This document shows positions 8,757-19,854 of a DNA stretch of 64,000 nucleotides, piece after piece. A program made the position numbers and the translations under genes. This DNA comes from an uncultured Bacilli bacterium (GTDB lineage Bacteria; Bacillota_I; Bacilli_A; RF39; UBA660): assembly GCA_947598285.1 (NCBI GenBank), contig CANQFE010000001.1:13705-77704 (forward strand), given 5' to 3'. Under the pieces are notes generated by a model that did not search any database, was not told the origin of the DNA, and worked only from the letters and a program-made list of their open reading frames with translations. Numbering within the stretch: position 1 is the first letter of the stretch; each line of letters starts with the position of its first letter.

Positions 8757-10148
8757 ATGAAACAAAGATATTTTACAAATACGTTGATTTCAAAATATAT
8801 AAAATATTTATTATCTCAAACCCCATTACCAAATTATCCGGTCATCAATACGGATGATTTTATTCTTGAAGGTTGTTATTACATATATAAAAATATTATA
8901 TTTAAATGTACTAAGTCTGGTTATTTTCGTGGATTAAAACATAATCAAATGGTAGAAGACCACTTATATGTTAATGAATGGGTTCTAACAACAGATAACG
9001 ATTATGAGGCAAAACATTGGGTTCCTAGAGATATCAGTAATCCTGATTTTACAGGTGCATGGGAATATTTACCAGATGAAAAAGGCATTGGTGGATTAAC
9101 AGTAACTGATGACGTTATTCAATATTATAAAAAACCAGTTGCAGAAGCTCAGTTTATTAATTATTATAATTTTGGTGATGATACATTAAATATTACACAT
9201 AAATTTGTTTCAAATACAAGTTATTACGATCAACAGACACATAAATATTTAGGAGAATATTTACGTTGTTTAAGAGATATATATAACTTGGATTTAATGA
9301 GTCTATATAATTGTTTTAATTATAATTTTGCAGATAATGTAACATTATCACTGGATAAAAACAACCAAGTCTTACAACAAAAATCGGATAAGTTTAAAGT
9401 TATTTTAATCCCAATTAAATATAATAAGACATATACAATAGCACTTGATAGTTCATTCCCTATTTTATTAAAATCTATTTTATATGATAAAGTATTATTA
9501 AAAAATACGAGTGGTGATTTATTTACGGATTTACTACAAGAAGATGTACGACAAGTAGCATCTTGTAGTTTTCAAAATCCAATAACATACTCCATTAGTA
9601 ATATTATACCTGATATAAGTAAAGGCATTTCAGTTGAAAAATCAAAAGAGCTTCAAGATTTTGAAAGTAGATTATATCTAGCTATACAAGTTCCAAATTC
9701 ATTTAACTCAAAGCTTGTTGTATTAGAAGGAGATTTTTCAAACGCTGTAAATCATAAGACAATAAATGCAGAATATTTACAGAAATTATCAGAACCAAAT
9801 ATATCAAGAATATTTACTTCAAAACCAAGTTTATTAGAAACTACGGATCCGGAACAGTGTCCATTTTCGGATAAGTTAATTTCATATTTATTACGTTATA
9901 CGATTGACACACGAGAATATATAGATGATAACGTATCTCGTATAGAAGATGCAATACAATACAGTCCTAATCTTAAGCATTTTGTTAAAGGTGTTTGGGA
10001 TACGGATTTACGATATAATTTATATAAACTATATTTAAGAATAAAAGATAGACCATATTTAGATAATACAGATATTTTAGGATTCGTAGATAAAGATATT
10101 GAAGATGCTGCAATGAGGGGATGGATAAAATATGCAAGATTATCATGA
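8757..10148 (+). CDS. tail/baseplate structural protein (distal tail or hub associated)
   Basis: 463 aa, immediately after the tape measure and translationally coupled to it. Confidence 0.4.
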   Translation: MKQRYFTNTLISKYIKYLLSQTPLPNYPVINTDDFILEGCYYIYKNIIFKCTKSGYFRGLKHNQMVEDHLYVNEWVLTTDNDYEAKHWVPRDISNPDFTGAWEYLPDEKGIGGLTVTDDVIQYYKKPVAEAQFINYYNFGDDTLNITHKFVSNTSYYDQQTHKYLGEYLRCLRDIYNLDLMSLYNCFNYNFADNVTLSLDKNNQVLQQKSDKFKVILIPIKYNKTYTIALDSSFPILLKSILYDKVLLKNTSGDLFTDLLQEDVRQVASCSFQNPITYSISNIIPDISKGISVEKSKELQDFESRLYLAIQVPNSFNSKLVVLEGDFSNAVNHKTINAEYLQKLSEPNISRIFTSKPSLLETTDPEQCPFSDKLISYLLRYTIDTREYIDDNVSRIEDAIQYSPNLKHFVKGVWDTDLRYNLYKLYLRIKDRPYLDNTDILGFVDKDIEDAAMRGWIKYARLS

Positions 10149-10725
10149 ATTGCAGTTAATCGAAAACTACATTTACTTATATCATACACAGGAATTTTTG
10201 GTTCTTCCTGTATTTAATCAAACTATAAATGATACCACACAGGTAAAATTTGAATCTAGCACTCCTATGTCAAGGTCAGCACCAATCTATTCTTACAGTA
10301 GTTCCGGTCCAAGAAGTTTGCAAGTCGATTTAAAATTGCATCGAGACATGTTTATACAAATGAATCAGACTTTAAGTAATATCGTAACTACGGTAGAGGA
10401 TGATTATGTTGATATATTAATTAAAAGAATTCAAGCTGCCGCATTACCTGTATATAAATCTGCACAAAAATTAGTCGATCCACCATTAGTTGCTGTTCGG
10501 TTTGGTAATGATATATTTATTAAGGGAATAGTACAAGGTGGAGTATCGGTAACATATGAATTACCAATTATGGATGATAATAAGTATGCGAATGTTGGTA
10601 TAAGTTTTACCGTTGAAGAAGTGGATCCATATGATGCAATGCAAGTACGAGAAATTGGTAGTTTTCGTGGATTCGATAGTTCATTAGAACGAAATGTTTG
10701 GAATACAAAGAAGGTATATCGATGA
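10132..10725 (+). CDS. tail structural protein (gpU-like position)
   Basis: 197 aa. Overlaps its neighbours by a few codons; an operon of structural genes. Confidence 0.4.
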   Translation: MQDYHELQLIENYIYLYHTQEFLVLPVFNQTINDTTQVKFESSTPMSRSAPIYSYSSSGPRSLQVDLKLHRDMFIQMNQTLSNIVTTVEDDYVDILIKRIQAAALPVYKSAQKLVDPPLVAVRFGNDIFIKGIVQGGVSVTYELPIMDDNKYANVGISFTVEEVDPYDAMQVREIGSFRGFDSSLERNVWNTKKVYR

Positions 10726-11048
10726 TTACGCCGATTTTATCAAAGCAACAATATAAAGAATATGAAAGAGTATCACGTTACTCTTTATTTCCAATTTATT
10801 ATAATAGACTCGATGAAAAATATGTTTACGGACTTACAGCTCAATTAACAAAAGAAGGAACAAGTTATGTAACACATACTGTTATTAAAGGAGATACCTT
10901 AGATTCACTTTCTTTATATTATTTTAATTCACCTCTTTATTTTTGGATAATTGCAACATTTAATGATATACTTGATCCGTATGAAGATTTAAAGGAAGGG
11001 ACGATATTAAAAATTCCAACATTTAGTAGTATTAAATTTGATATTTAA
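10698..11048 (+). CDS. LysM-domain tail protein (P2 gpX-like)
   Basis: Motif …HTVIKGDTLDSLSLYY…GTILKIP matches the LysM fold consensus. Precedes a gpD-like gene, as in P2-type tails. Confidence 0.6.
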   Translation: MEYKEGISMITPILSKQQYKEYERVSRYSLFPIYYNRLDEKYVYGLTAQLTKEGTSYVTHTVIKGDTLDSLSLYYFNSPLYFWIIATFNDILDPYEDLKEGTILKIPTFSSIKFDI

Positions 11049-11059
11049 AGGATATTATT

Positions 11060-12268
11060 ATGAGTAAAGATTTACTTTCTATTGATACATTAGTTCAATC
11101 TCCATTTATTATTGCAACAATAGGTGGAGTTACTTTTGGTTCATATAGTGGAGACTATAAAACAAATGCGACATATCCAAATTTTATGAAATCAATTATG
11201 ATTAATAAAATTAATGGAACAGTAAATACTTATACCTTGAATTTTGAATATCAAGTTGCAACTGGACAAGATCCAAATTTATTAGATAAAATTTTTAGTA
11301 AAGCTGCAAATAATCGTGAAATAATTCTTAAATATGGTGACTGGAATGCACCAGATTATATTTATAAAGAAGAGAAATGTATTATTACTAATTTATCTTC
11401 TAATTTGGATATGAACTCTTCAAAAATTTCTTATACATTATCTTGCACCAGTGATGCCATAGGATTGAATGCTGTAACATATAATTTTGCAGCAAGAACT
11501 TCAAAAGGCAGCACTGTTTTACTTAATTTATTAAATAGCACAAATTATGGGCTAACACAAATTTTTACAGGAATGCGAAATTTAGCTGATAATATAAATA
11601 ATAATTTAATTGCATCCAACGATAAAGTTATTAATTTAGAAGCCAAACAAAATTACACTATTTTAGAATATATAAACTACGTAGTTAATTCAATGCAACC
11701 AGCAGATTCATCTTCTTCTAAATATTTTTTAACTGTTCATGATGATTATTCAAATAATTATAATGGAACATATTTTAAAGTAACACAAGTAGGAGCAAAT
11801 GCTGCTACATATAAAGCAACTGATACATATTCTATTGATATAAATTATCCAAATGACAATTTCGTTACACAATTTTCATTAAACAATGACCAATCATGGT
11901 CAATTTTATATGATTATGCTGGACAAATTAAGCAAGAAGAATATACATATACAATTAATAAAGATGGTATAATTGAAACTAATTCAGCTAATTCACTTGT
12001 TAGATCTACACATACAAATAAAGTAGATACAGAACTTGAAAATTGGTGGAAGGTAATGACAGAGTTTCCAATTGAAGCAACGCTAACTATAAAGGGATTA
12101 ACAAGACCATCAATTTTAATGTCTTATGTAAAATTAAATGTGTGGTTTGCGGGTGGCGTAAAACATATTGCAAGTGGAACGTATATAATTACAAAGCAGG
12201 TTGATTCAATTAGTCAGAGTGGTTATTCAACTACACTTACATTATTAAGAGTTAAAGGGGATGAATAA
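11060..12268 (+). CDS. tail protein D-like (P2 gpD / late control D family) baseplate hub protein
   Basis: 402 aa. Sits in the X–D–V synteny between the LysM protein and the gpV-like spike. Assignment is by position and size only. Confidence 0.45.
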   Translation: MSKDLLSIDTLVQSPFIIATIGGVTFGSYSGDYKTNATYPNFMKSIMINKINGTVNTYTLNFEYQVATGQDPNLLDKIFSKAANNREIILKYGDWNAPDYIYKEEKCIITNLSSNLDMNSSKISYTLSCTSDAIGLNAVTYNFAARTSKGSTVLLNLLNSTNYGLTQIFTGMRNLADNINNNLIASNDKVINLEAKQNYTILEYINYVVNSMQPADSSSSKYFLTVHDDYSNNYNGTYFKVTQVGANAATYKATDTYSIDINYPNDNFVTQFSLNNDQSWSILYDYAGQIKQEEYTYTINKDGIIETNSANSLVRSTHTNKVDTELENWWKVMTEFPIEATLTIKGLTRPSILMSYVKLNVWFAGGVKHIASGTYIITKQVDSISQSGYSTTLTLLRVKGDE

Positions 12269-12271
12269 CAA

Positions 12272-13162
12272 TTGTATAAAGGCATTGTTGTTTCTGCTCA
12301 ACAAAAATCGGTAACTGTACGTATTCCAGAGTTAAATAAAATAGATGGTGCAGTTGGTGCTACTCCGGTAAATGAATTAGTGGCAGCAATTGTTTGTACT
12401 CCTCCAGGATATATTCCGAATTTCAGAATAGGGGATATTGTTTTAGTTGATTTTGAAAATGATGACCTTGAAAGGCCTGTAGTTGTAGGAGCGTTATTTA
12501 CAGAAAAAATATCTTCAAATGCACCTGATATTTATGCAGGAAGTATTACAGTTGGTATTAATAGTATTTTACCAGAAGATACAACAATCGGTAAAGTAAC
12601 TTCTCAAAGTATTGCATATTTACAAGGGTTAGAAGAAAATATACAAATTACAATTAACGAACTTAAACGTCGTTTAAAAAGTAATGAAGAACTTGACATT
12701 GAACAACAACTTAGCGTTGATGAAATAAATTACGCTATCACACAATTGCAAACAACAATTAGTTCAATTAACGAATCTATTAATTATTTATCAAATCTGG
12801 TTAATAATCATGCTGAAATGATTTTAGCAAATCGTTCAGCAATTGTTCAAAATACTGAAAAAATAAATGAAAATCTTAAACAAATAAATGAACATACAAC
12901 ACAAATACGTGATAATACTGAAAAAATACAAGAGAATTCAACTGCAATAACAATGAATTCTACAAAAATATCTCAAAACTCCGATAATATTAAAGAACAT
13001 GCGGGGAAGATTAGCGAGTTAGATACTAATTTAAATACCATAACAGCACGAATTGGTAAGATAGAAGATAAAATTGATCCAATTATTTTAACGAGTAACA
13101 GTTATGGAGCTTCATTACCATCAAGTGCAAAAGAAGGACAGTTATTTTTTCAATTAAAATAA
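12272..13162 (+). CDS. baseplate central spike (gpV/gp5 N-terminal OB-fold) with C-terminal heptad coiled-coil repeats
   Basis: N-terminus …GIVVSAQQKSVTVRIPELNKIDGAV…PPGYIPNFRIGDIVLVDFENDDLERPVVVG resembles the Phage_base_V fold. The C-terminus carries reiterated NTEKI/QENS heptad repeats. TTG start. Confidence 0.6.
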   Translation: MYKGIVVSAQQKSVTVRIPELNKIDGAVGATPVNELVAAIVCTPPGYIPNFRIGDIVLVDFENDDLERPVVVGALFTEKISSNAPDIYAGSITVGINSILPEDTTIGKVTSQSIAYLQGLEENIQITINELKRRLKSNEELDIEQQLSVDEINYAITQLQTTISSINESINYLSNLVNNHAEMILANRSAIVQNTEKINENLKQINEHTTQIRDNTEKIQENSTAITMNSTKISQNSDNIKEHAGKISELDTNLNTITARIGKIEDKIDPIILTSNSYGASLPSSAKEGQLFFQLK

Positions 13163-13175
13163 AAAGGACAGTAAT

Positions 13176-14705
13176 ATGGCCTGGATAAGAAAAGAAAGAC
13201 CAGAATTTGGAAATGTTTTTTATAATACAGAAAATCATGGTGGCATATCTCAATGTATTCTGGGAAATCATTCTGATATATATTATACACATTGGGGGCT
13301 AGACGTACTTAGAAATTGTGTTGGTGCGGCTGCTGGTGCATTTAATGAAACATATTGTCATAATACATATGGTACAAATGATGACGGGTCCCCAAAAGAA
13401 AAACATTTTTATTTTGCATTAAATGCAAATGCTGATGAATTAATTAATCTTACAAAACGTGGCGTATATGATACTGATACAGTAAAATTAAGTGATTATG
13501 TATTACCAAAAACAGCAAGACCACCATTAGGTGGCCTTATTGTGTGGGCGGATACTCATGTCGCATATATATGTGGTGTTAGTGAAGATGGAAACACAAT
13601 AGTGCTACAAGAATCGGGATGGCATTCAAGTAATGATGTAGTACCATCTTTTGATTCAGATAATAACGAATTAAATTATCCAACAGATACAGGTTATGAA
13701 TCTCCTTGGGGATGGAGAAGTAATATCACACGAGAACGAGGAGATGATAATAATTTTGGATATGGTAAGAATGGTTGTCTTGGATTTATTGCAAATCCAG
13801 CTATTTCGAAACCATCTTTACCAGATGCAACCTGGCATACAAAGAAGTTTGGTGGATTTGGAAGCGTTGAAGACGGAACGTTTGATAATAGAGAAACTAG
13901 TGAAGGCTTCCAAAATGTTATTATGATTTATAAAATATTATCAAGTAAAGGATGGAGTCTCAAGTCAGTTTGTGCATTTTTAGGAAATATTGACATGGAA
14001 TCCGAATATAATCCTTGGCAATGGGAAAGTGTTTATAGTGCAGCTGCAGTTCCAACATATGATGAGGCATATGGTTGGTCGGAAGATGAACGAAATAGTA
14101 GACATGGATATGGACTTGTGCAATTTACCCCTTTTACTGATTATGTTGAAAATACGTATAAAGGTATTGTAGCTTCTAGTTATGAAGGATATGGACCAAA
14201 CTTTAAAAACGATGGTGAAAATTTAAATAGTATAAATGATGGTACCGCACAACTTTTATTTATGCATGACACTATAATTTTTGATGGTGTTGGTGGTCAA
14301 TGGTATAACATTCCATCATCTTGTATCGGAGAGGATGGAACTAATTACTGGTTACCTTATAAAGAATTTATTAATGGCGGAGAATATTCGGTAGGACATC
14401 TTACGTCGGTTTTTCTTAGATGTTATTTACGACCAAATCTTAAGTCTAGTAAAGAATTTGAGAGAAGACGACCGGCAGCAGAAACGTGGTATAGTATACT
14501 ACGAAAATATGATTTAACTCCAGGAACACCAATTCCACCAGAACCACAAACATCAGAACCATGTGCGTATATCCAGATAAATGGTGTAATGGTTAAAACT
14601 ATTCCACATATAATGACTTCTTCTGGTTGGAAAAAAGTAATTCCTACTATAAGAAATAATAATAGTTGGAAAGAAATTTATGATAATAAAACGGTTATAA
14701 CATAG
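13176..14705 (+). CDS. tail-associated peptidoglycan hydrolase: N-terminal CHAP/NlpC-P60-like peptidase plus C-terminal glucosaminidase/lysozyme-like domain
   Basis: Candidate catalytic residues are Cys (RNCVGAAAG) and His (THVAYICGV…QESGW). The C-terminal region carries GNIDMESEYNPWQ…GYGLVQFT. Lies in the baseplate cluster between the spike and gpW. Confidence 0.6.
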   Translation: MAWIRKERPEFGNVFYNTENHGGISQCILGNHSDIYYTHWGLDVLRNCVGAAAGAFNETYCHNTYGTNDDGSPKEKHFYFALNANADELINLTKRGVYDTDTVKLSDYVLPKTARPPLGGLIVWADTHVAYICGVSEDGNTIVLQESGWHSSNDVVPSFDSDNNELNYPTDTGYESPWGWRSNITRERGDDNNFGYGKNGCLGFIANPAISKPSLPDATWHTKKFGGFGSVEDGTFDNRETSEGFQNVIMIYKILSSKGWSLKSVCAFLGNIDMESEYNPWQWESVYSAAAVPTYDEAYGWSEDERNSRHGYGLVQFTPFTDYVENTYKGIVASSYEGYGPNFKNDGENLNSINDGTAQLLFMHDTIIFDGVGGQWYNIPSSCIGEDGTNYWLPYKEFINGGEYSVGHLTSVFLRCYLRPNLKSSKEFERRRPAAETWYSILRKYDLTPGTPIPPEPQTSEPCAYIQINGVMVKTIPHIMTSSGWKKVIPTIRNNNSWKEIYDNKTVIT

Positions 14706-14778
14706 TAATTTGAACTGCTTTATTTTATATATAATGTATATAATAAATGAAAACAATAATTAGGAGGTTAGATAATCT

Positions 14779-15144
14779 ATGAATTCGTTTGATTTTCCAA
14801 ATATGTTAAGCAGTGCAAAAGCTAACCTCATTCAAGATAAAGAAGCTACAATTTCTAATATGAGATTATTATTAGCTTCATGGAAAACATCTCTCTTTGG
14901 TGACCCGTATTTTGGAACAAATATAAAAAAATTCATATATGAGCAAAATAACATTATATTGCGAGATTTAATTATAGATGATATCTTATTAGCTATACAT
15001 GATTTCATGCCGCAAATATATGTTCAAAGAAGAGATATTAATATAACAATTAAAAAACAAGAAGTCTATGTTACAATAAACTGTATAAATAAACTAGATA
15101 ATACGCAATTAAGTTTTACTGTTAACTTGATGGAAGATAACTAA
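14779..15144 (+). CDS. baseplate wedge protein gpW/gp25 family
   Basis: 121 aa. N-terminus …FDFPNMLSS…GDPYFGTNI… matches the GPW_gp25 family. Ribosome-binding site TAGGAGGT. Confidence 0.65.
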   Translation: MNSFDFPNMLSSAKANLIQDKEATISNMRLLLASWKTSLFGDPYFGTNIKKFIYEQNNIILRDLIIDDILLAIHDFMPQIYVQRRDINITIKKQEVYVTINCINKLDNTQLSFTVNLMEDN

Positions 15145-15157
15145 TGGAGGATAGCAG

Positions 15158-18100
15158 ATGGCTAATTTTACAAATCCATTAACACCAATATCCTACACTA
15201 ATAAAGACTTTAGATCTATCATGGAAGAATTAATAGATCTAACGAAAAAATTAACCAATAAGTGGGATCCAAGTATTACGAATGAATCGGATCCAGCTAT
15301 GGTTCTTTTAAAGTTAGATGCTATTATTGGGGATAAAAATAACTACAATATTGATAAAAATATTTTGGAAGCATTTCCAGAAACATTAACACAAAATGTT
15401 TCTGCTAGATCTATGTATAAGCAGTTAGGATATCGTATGCCCTGGTATCGATCTGCAAAAACTAAGATAACTATTGGTTGGATTGGTGATGAATTGTCAT
15501 TAACTGATTTAATTACAATTCCAAAATATACAATGATTTGTAATGAAGATTCATCTATTGTGTACACTTTAATAGAGGATGTAAATTTAACAAAAGATGA
15601 TCCGGTAGCACAAGCTACAGTCATGCAAGGCTTTATTGAGGATTTAGTAGTTAATGGAAGCACCGATATTCAGTTAAATAATCTAGATAGTAACAATAGA
15701 ATTTATTTTGGAACTGACACCATCGCACAAAATGGGATTTTTGTTAGTAATGTAAATCAGGTAACTTATTGGGAAGAAAAAGATAATCTTCAAGTTGAAC
15801 ATGAAGGCAATACGTATTATGAATTTGGCGTTGATTTAAGAACTAATAATGTATATCTTGAATTTCCAGAAGATATAGAAACATTAATTAAAAATGGTTT
15901 AAATGTTAAATATCTTATTACAAGTGGTTCTAAAGGAAATCTTGCAGCAAATCAATTAACAAAATTTTATAATGATTTATCTGTTATAATTGGAGAAGAA
16001 TCTGTTACATTAAATGAAACTAACATCAAGATGTACAATCCAACTTCTACAACGGATGATTTAGAAACAGGAAGTCTTAGTGGTTCGGATCCACAAACAA
16101 TAAGAGACGCGTATAAGTCTTGGAAGAAAACCGTTGCAACATTTAATACGTTAGTAACAATTAGAGATTATATTAATGCAATTTATAATAGTGGATTAGT
16201 TTCAAATGATATCGTTTCAGATAGACTAACTGATCTACAAACTTCTTATAAAATTATAACGGATTATGCATCATTTTCAAGTAGTATTATTAAAATGGAA
16301 GATGATGAGAAAACCGGCGAACCGAAAATGGACCCTTATAAATTAAGACTTTATCTATTACATAATCCTGGTGAAATTTTAGATATTAATTCATACGAAT
16401 CATCTTTCGAACTAGAAAAACCAAGTTCTCTTACCGAAACTACTGTAAAAAATTATTTAGCTGAAACTAAGTGTATTTCACATGATTTTGAAGGTGTTAA
16501 ATCAGATATTCCAGCATTATTTAGAAATGTTTATTCATTAAATATTAAAATAGTTCCTCAATACTATCTTACTACTGCACAAATAGATGAAGTTAAACGA
16601 AACATAATTCAAGATTTGTGGAAATTATTAAATGCACACGAAGTTGAATTTGGTTCAGAGCCTGAATATTATTTAATTTATGATACAATTACAAATTCAG
16701 ATGAAAGAATAAAACTTGTTGTATTAGAGGATTTTACATATACTACTTACGCAACATATTTCGATTCTGACGCAAATGATGGTGATGGTGAATTTAAACA
16801 CATTCCAGTTAGCGAATTTAACGACCCATACATAATTGCTGATAATGGAAAGGATAAATTAGAAACTGTATTACAGACATTGGAGGAACCAACAAGATTT
16901 TTATTTATTGATACTTCTAATAATAATACCGTATACAAATATACAGGAACTAAAGAAGTTAATTATGGTAAACAATATTTAAAATTAGATAGTAATCCAT
17001 ACTCAACTAAGATACAAGAATTTAGAACTGAAATTCTTGCTAAAAATATGTTAGCAGGCGTAACTCCTTTATATAAGCAAAAAACTACTTTTCAATATAC
17101 AATTGACCAAGCAGAGCTACTAGAAGATAAAGATACAAGTCGTTTAACAACAGATTTAAACATTTCTCCTTTTGGATATTCTGATACAGTAACACCAAAA
17201 CCAACTGAATTTAATGCAGAAAATAATGTTGCGACATATACATTAAAAGAAAACGAAACGTTACAATTCTTAGGTCCATCTTTTATTACAGATGTAAATT
17301 ATTCAAGTTATGTAATGTTTGAATTTATTATGCAGCAAGGTTCTGGTTATTCAGAATACGTAGCAGCTAATTCAAACTATTATAATAGTGAAAGCACCGG
17401 TAAACATAAAGATAGGGAAGGCAACGTAATAGACGATAATGGTAGTTATGGATATTTAAATAGTTTGCCAGTAGCATTTAATGAAGATACCGCAAATAAA
17501 GATGGTTATATAACATTTTATTATTATGATCCGGGTAATAGTTATAAATTAACTACTGTTGATTTTAATATGAAAGATGTAGAAAAACATAGCGTTGTTA
17601 TTAAAGGTGTAACAAGATCAATCGCGGATGCTTTTAAAGATGGATATCTTTCATTGTATACAGAACAAAATGTTCGTAGAGTTAATGCAAATGAATCCTA
17701 TCAATTAAAAGAAGGAGATGCAATAGTCTTCTTTTATAAAGAGGATTCCGATAACGATAATGCTCCATATAAATATGTTGTATATAGAGGAACTAATAGT
17801 AATAATGCGTCTGACATGGTTATTATTAAACCAAACTTTACTTTAAATGCAACGTCAAAAGAAAATGCTAAAGTATTTAATTTACTTGATGTTGGATCTG
17901 GTAAAAAGTATGAAGGAACTCTTTACGCAGGCAATAGTTCAAATGGAGCTTATAACATTGTGCAAGGCTTTTATGGGGACAATGGATTATCGGGAACTAA
18001 ACAAATTGATGTACAGGTATTAAATGAAGTTATTTGCAATCCAGATACCAAAGGATATTATTTCATTACTAATACAATCAGCAGTGATAATAAATATTAT

Positions 18101-19774
18101 GAAATAACGCTTAAGAAACCAGAGCCTAAGGATAAAGCGACATGTCTCGAATATATTCTTGGTCCAGATGAATATTTTATTTATTGTGATTTAAAGGGTC
18201 AATCATATGAAATGCTTGGATATGGTAGTTTAATAAGATTTATAAATGAAGTTGGCACTAAATTACCAGATAGTCTTACTTTAAAAGTTGAAATGATTGA
18301 TTATAATGATTTAGCATTAAATGGTGTAAATGCATTTATTACACATATTTTAACTCCATCAATGACTACCGATTCCTCTGAACTTATTTATCCATCCGGT
18401 TATAAAATAATTCTTCGTGAACAAAAGATTTACAATTTTGCGAAAGACGATCAGGTAATGTTTACAATTACGGATTCTTATAATAACGTAACAGAACATA
18501 CGGATCATCCAGCATTTGAGCCTAATAAGTATTATAAATATGATGAAAATAGTAATAAGTATTTCTTATATACTGGAACATATAATGCAGAGACGAAGAC
18601 ATGGACTGCTCCTACGGATTGGAATAAAGTAACTAGATATTATACTAAAAATTATCCTATATTTAATTCAACCGAGTGGACATCCACCATTGGATTAGAT
18701 ATTAAATATAAAACAGCTGGAAGCAGTGCATTTGATGAATTGCCACGCGTTAATTTAAATTCAGATAATATTGAAGATAACTGGAGAGCAAAAGCTATTT
18801 TAAATTTAAATACTCAAAGTGATTCCGCACAAGTATTAGACAATAGTTTAAAACAAAACGCAGATGGTACTTATAATGAAGCATCAAGACAAGCAATACA
18901 AAGATTAACAGTTAATAATGTTTCGTTTCCAACAAAAAATAAAGAGTTAAACGAAAGTGTATTACAATATGTCTTAACCGATGTTATATTAAATAAAGTC
19001 GGTGGTAATAATGTCGATGTTACTTATTTAAATGCACTTGGTGAACGTAAAAATATTGATATTCTTGTATATGAATTATTACCAGAATTTCAAAAACCAC
19101 CATTTAGTAAATCAGGGTCGAATATTTTAATGGATGTTGTTGAAGGTACTTATACAATCAACAATATTGAATTAGAAGATAACTATAATTATATTTTAGG
19201 GGTTATTAATAATTCAGATTCTGCAACATTTAGTTTAACTGGTAATATAGGGGATATCGTAGTTGCTGAACCGCCTGGACATGAAGAATACAGGTTTGAA
19301 GAAATTGAATGTTTAACAGGTAATAAAGGAAACTATGGTAGAGGAACGTGGTATTTTATACTTCGTGGTCTTACTGATGAAGGATTACCTAAACGTTTAC
19401 CAACATCTCTTGAAATAAATGTTAGTGGAAATGATAGTGGTGCGTATATTGTTTTCGAAGAACTCGTAAAATGTTTACCAAATAACTTCGATAACGACAG
19501 TAAAAATAAGAAAGCATATGGTATTAAATTCCAAGATATAACTAAAAAACTTTCTGAACTTGATACTGAAATAGATACAGATGGATTTGAACTTCATTTG
19601 TTTAAATATAATCATAAAATTAATGAAGATATTCTCATAGAAGATCCACTATTAGCAAAATCATTTTTCAATGAAAATCATGCATTTAATCAGTATACAA
19701 TTTCAAAAGCACAAATGAGGATGTCCGGGTACAATGATAATGATTCCAATATTATAATATTAAACAATCGTTAA
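15158..19774 (+). CDS. giant baseplate J-like protein (gpJ/gp6 N-terminal domain) fused to a ~1200-aa C-terminal extension; probable baseplate/receptor-binding fiber protein
   Basis: 1538 aa. The N-terminal 250 aa (…PISYTNKDFRSIMEELIDLTKKLTNKWDPSITNESDPAMVLLKLDAIIGD…) matches the Baseplate_J family. The C-terminal part is beta-rich and N/T/S/Y-rich. Confidence 0.65.
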   Translation: MANFTNPLTPISYTNKDFRSIMEELIDLTKKLTNKWDPSITNESDPAMVLLKLDAIIGDKNNYNIDKNILEAFPETLTQNVSARSMYKQLGYRMPWYRSAKTKITIGWIGDELSLTDLITIPKYTMICNEDSSIVYTLIEDVNLTKDDPVAQATVMQGFIEDLVVNGSTDIQLNNLDSNNRIYFGTDTIAQNGIFVSNVNQVTYWEEKDNLQVEHEGNTYYEFGVDLRTNNVYLEFPEDIETLIKNGLNVKYLITSGSKGNLAANQLTKFYNDLSVIIGEESVTLNETNIKMYNPTSTTDDLETGSLSGSDPQTIRDAYKSWKKTVATFNTLVTIRDYINAIYNSGLVSNDIVSDRLTDLQTSYKIITDYASFSSSIIKMEDDEKTGEPKMDPYKLRLYLLHNPGEILDINSYESSFELEKPSSLTETTVKNYLAETKCISHDFEGVKSDIPALFRNVYSLNIKIVPQYYLTTAQIDEVKRNIIQDLWKLLNAHEVEFGSEPEYYLIYDTITNSDERIKLVVLEDFTYTTYATYFDSDANDGDGEFKHIPVSEFNDPYIIADNGKDKLETVLQTLEEPTRFLFIDTSNNNTVYKYTGTKEVNYGKQYLKLDSNPYSTKIQEFRTEILAKNMLAGVTPLYKQKTTFQYTIDQAELLEDKDTSRLTTDLNISPFGYSDTVTPKPTEFNAENNVATYTLKENETLQFLGPSFITDVNYSSYVMFEFIMQQGSGYSEYVAANSNYYNSESTGKHKDREGNVIDDNGSYGYLNSLPVAFNEDTANKDGYITFYYYDPGNSYKLTTVDFNMKDVEKHSVVIKGVTRSIADAFKDGYLSLYTEQNVRRVNANESYQLKEGDAIVFFYKEDSDNDNAPYKYVVYRGTNSNNASDMVIIKPNFTLNATSKENAKVFNLLDVGSGKKYEGTLYAGNSSNGAYNIVQGFYGDNGLSGTKQIDVQVLNEVICNPDTKGYYFITNTISSDNKYYEITLKKPEPKDKATCLEYILGPDEYFIYCDLKGQSYEMLGYGSLIRFINEVGTKLPDSLTLKVEMIDYNDLALNGVNAFITHILTPSMTTDSSELIYPSGYKIILREQKIYNFAKDDQVMFTITDSYNNVTEHTDHPAFEPNKYYKYDENSNKYFLYTGTYNAETKTWTAPTDWNKVTRYYTKNYPIFNSTEWTSTIGLDIKYKTAGSSAFDELPRVNLNSDNIEDNWRAKAILNLNTQSDSAQVLDNSLKQNADGTYNEASRQAIQRLTVNNVSFPTKNKELNESVLQYVLTDVILNKVGGNNVDVTYLNALGERKNIDILVYELLPEFQKPPFSKSGSNILMDVVEGTYTINNIELEDNYNYILGVINNSDSATFSLTGNIGDIVVAEPPGHEEYRFEEIECLTGNKGNYGRGTWYFILRGLTDEGLPKRLPTSLEINVSGNDSGAYIVFEELVKCLPNNFDNDSKNKKAYGIKFQDITKKLSELDTEIDTDGFELHLFKYNHKINEDILIEDPLLAKSFFNENHAFNQYTISKAQMRMSGYNDNDSNIIILNNR

Positions 19775-19854
19775 AGTTTATAAGGTGTTAACAACATGTT
19801 TCTAAGCATAATACTTTAGAAACGTGTTGTTAAATAAGAAAGGATAGCACTAAT

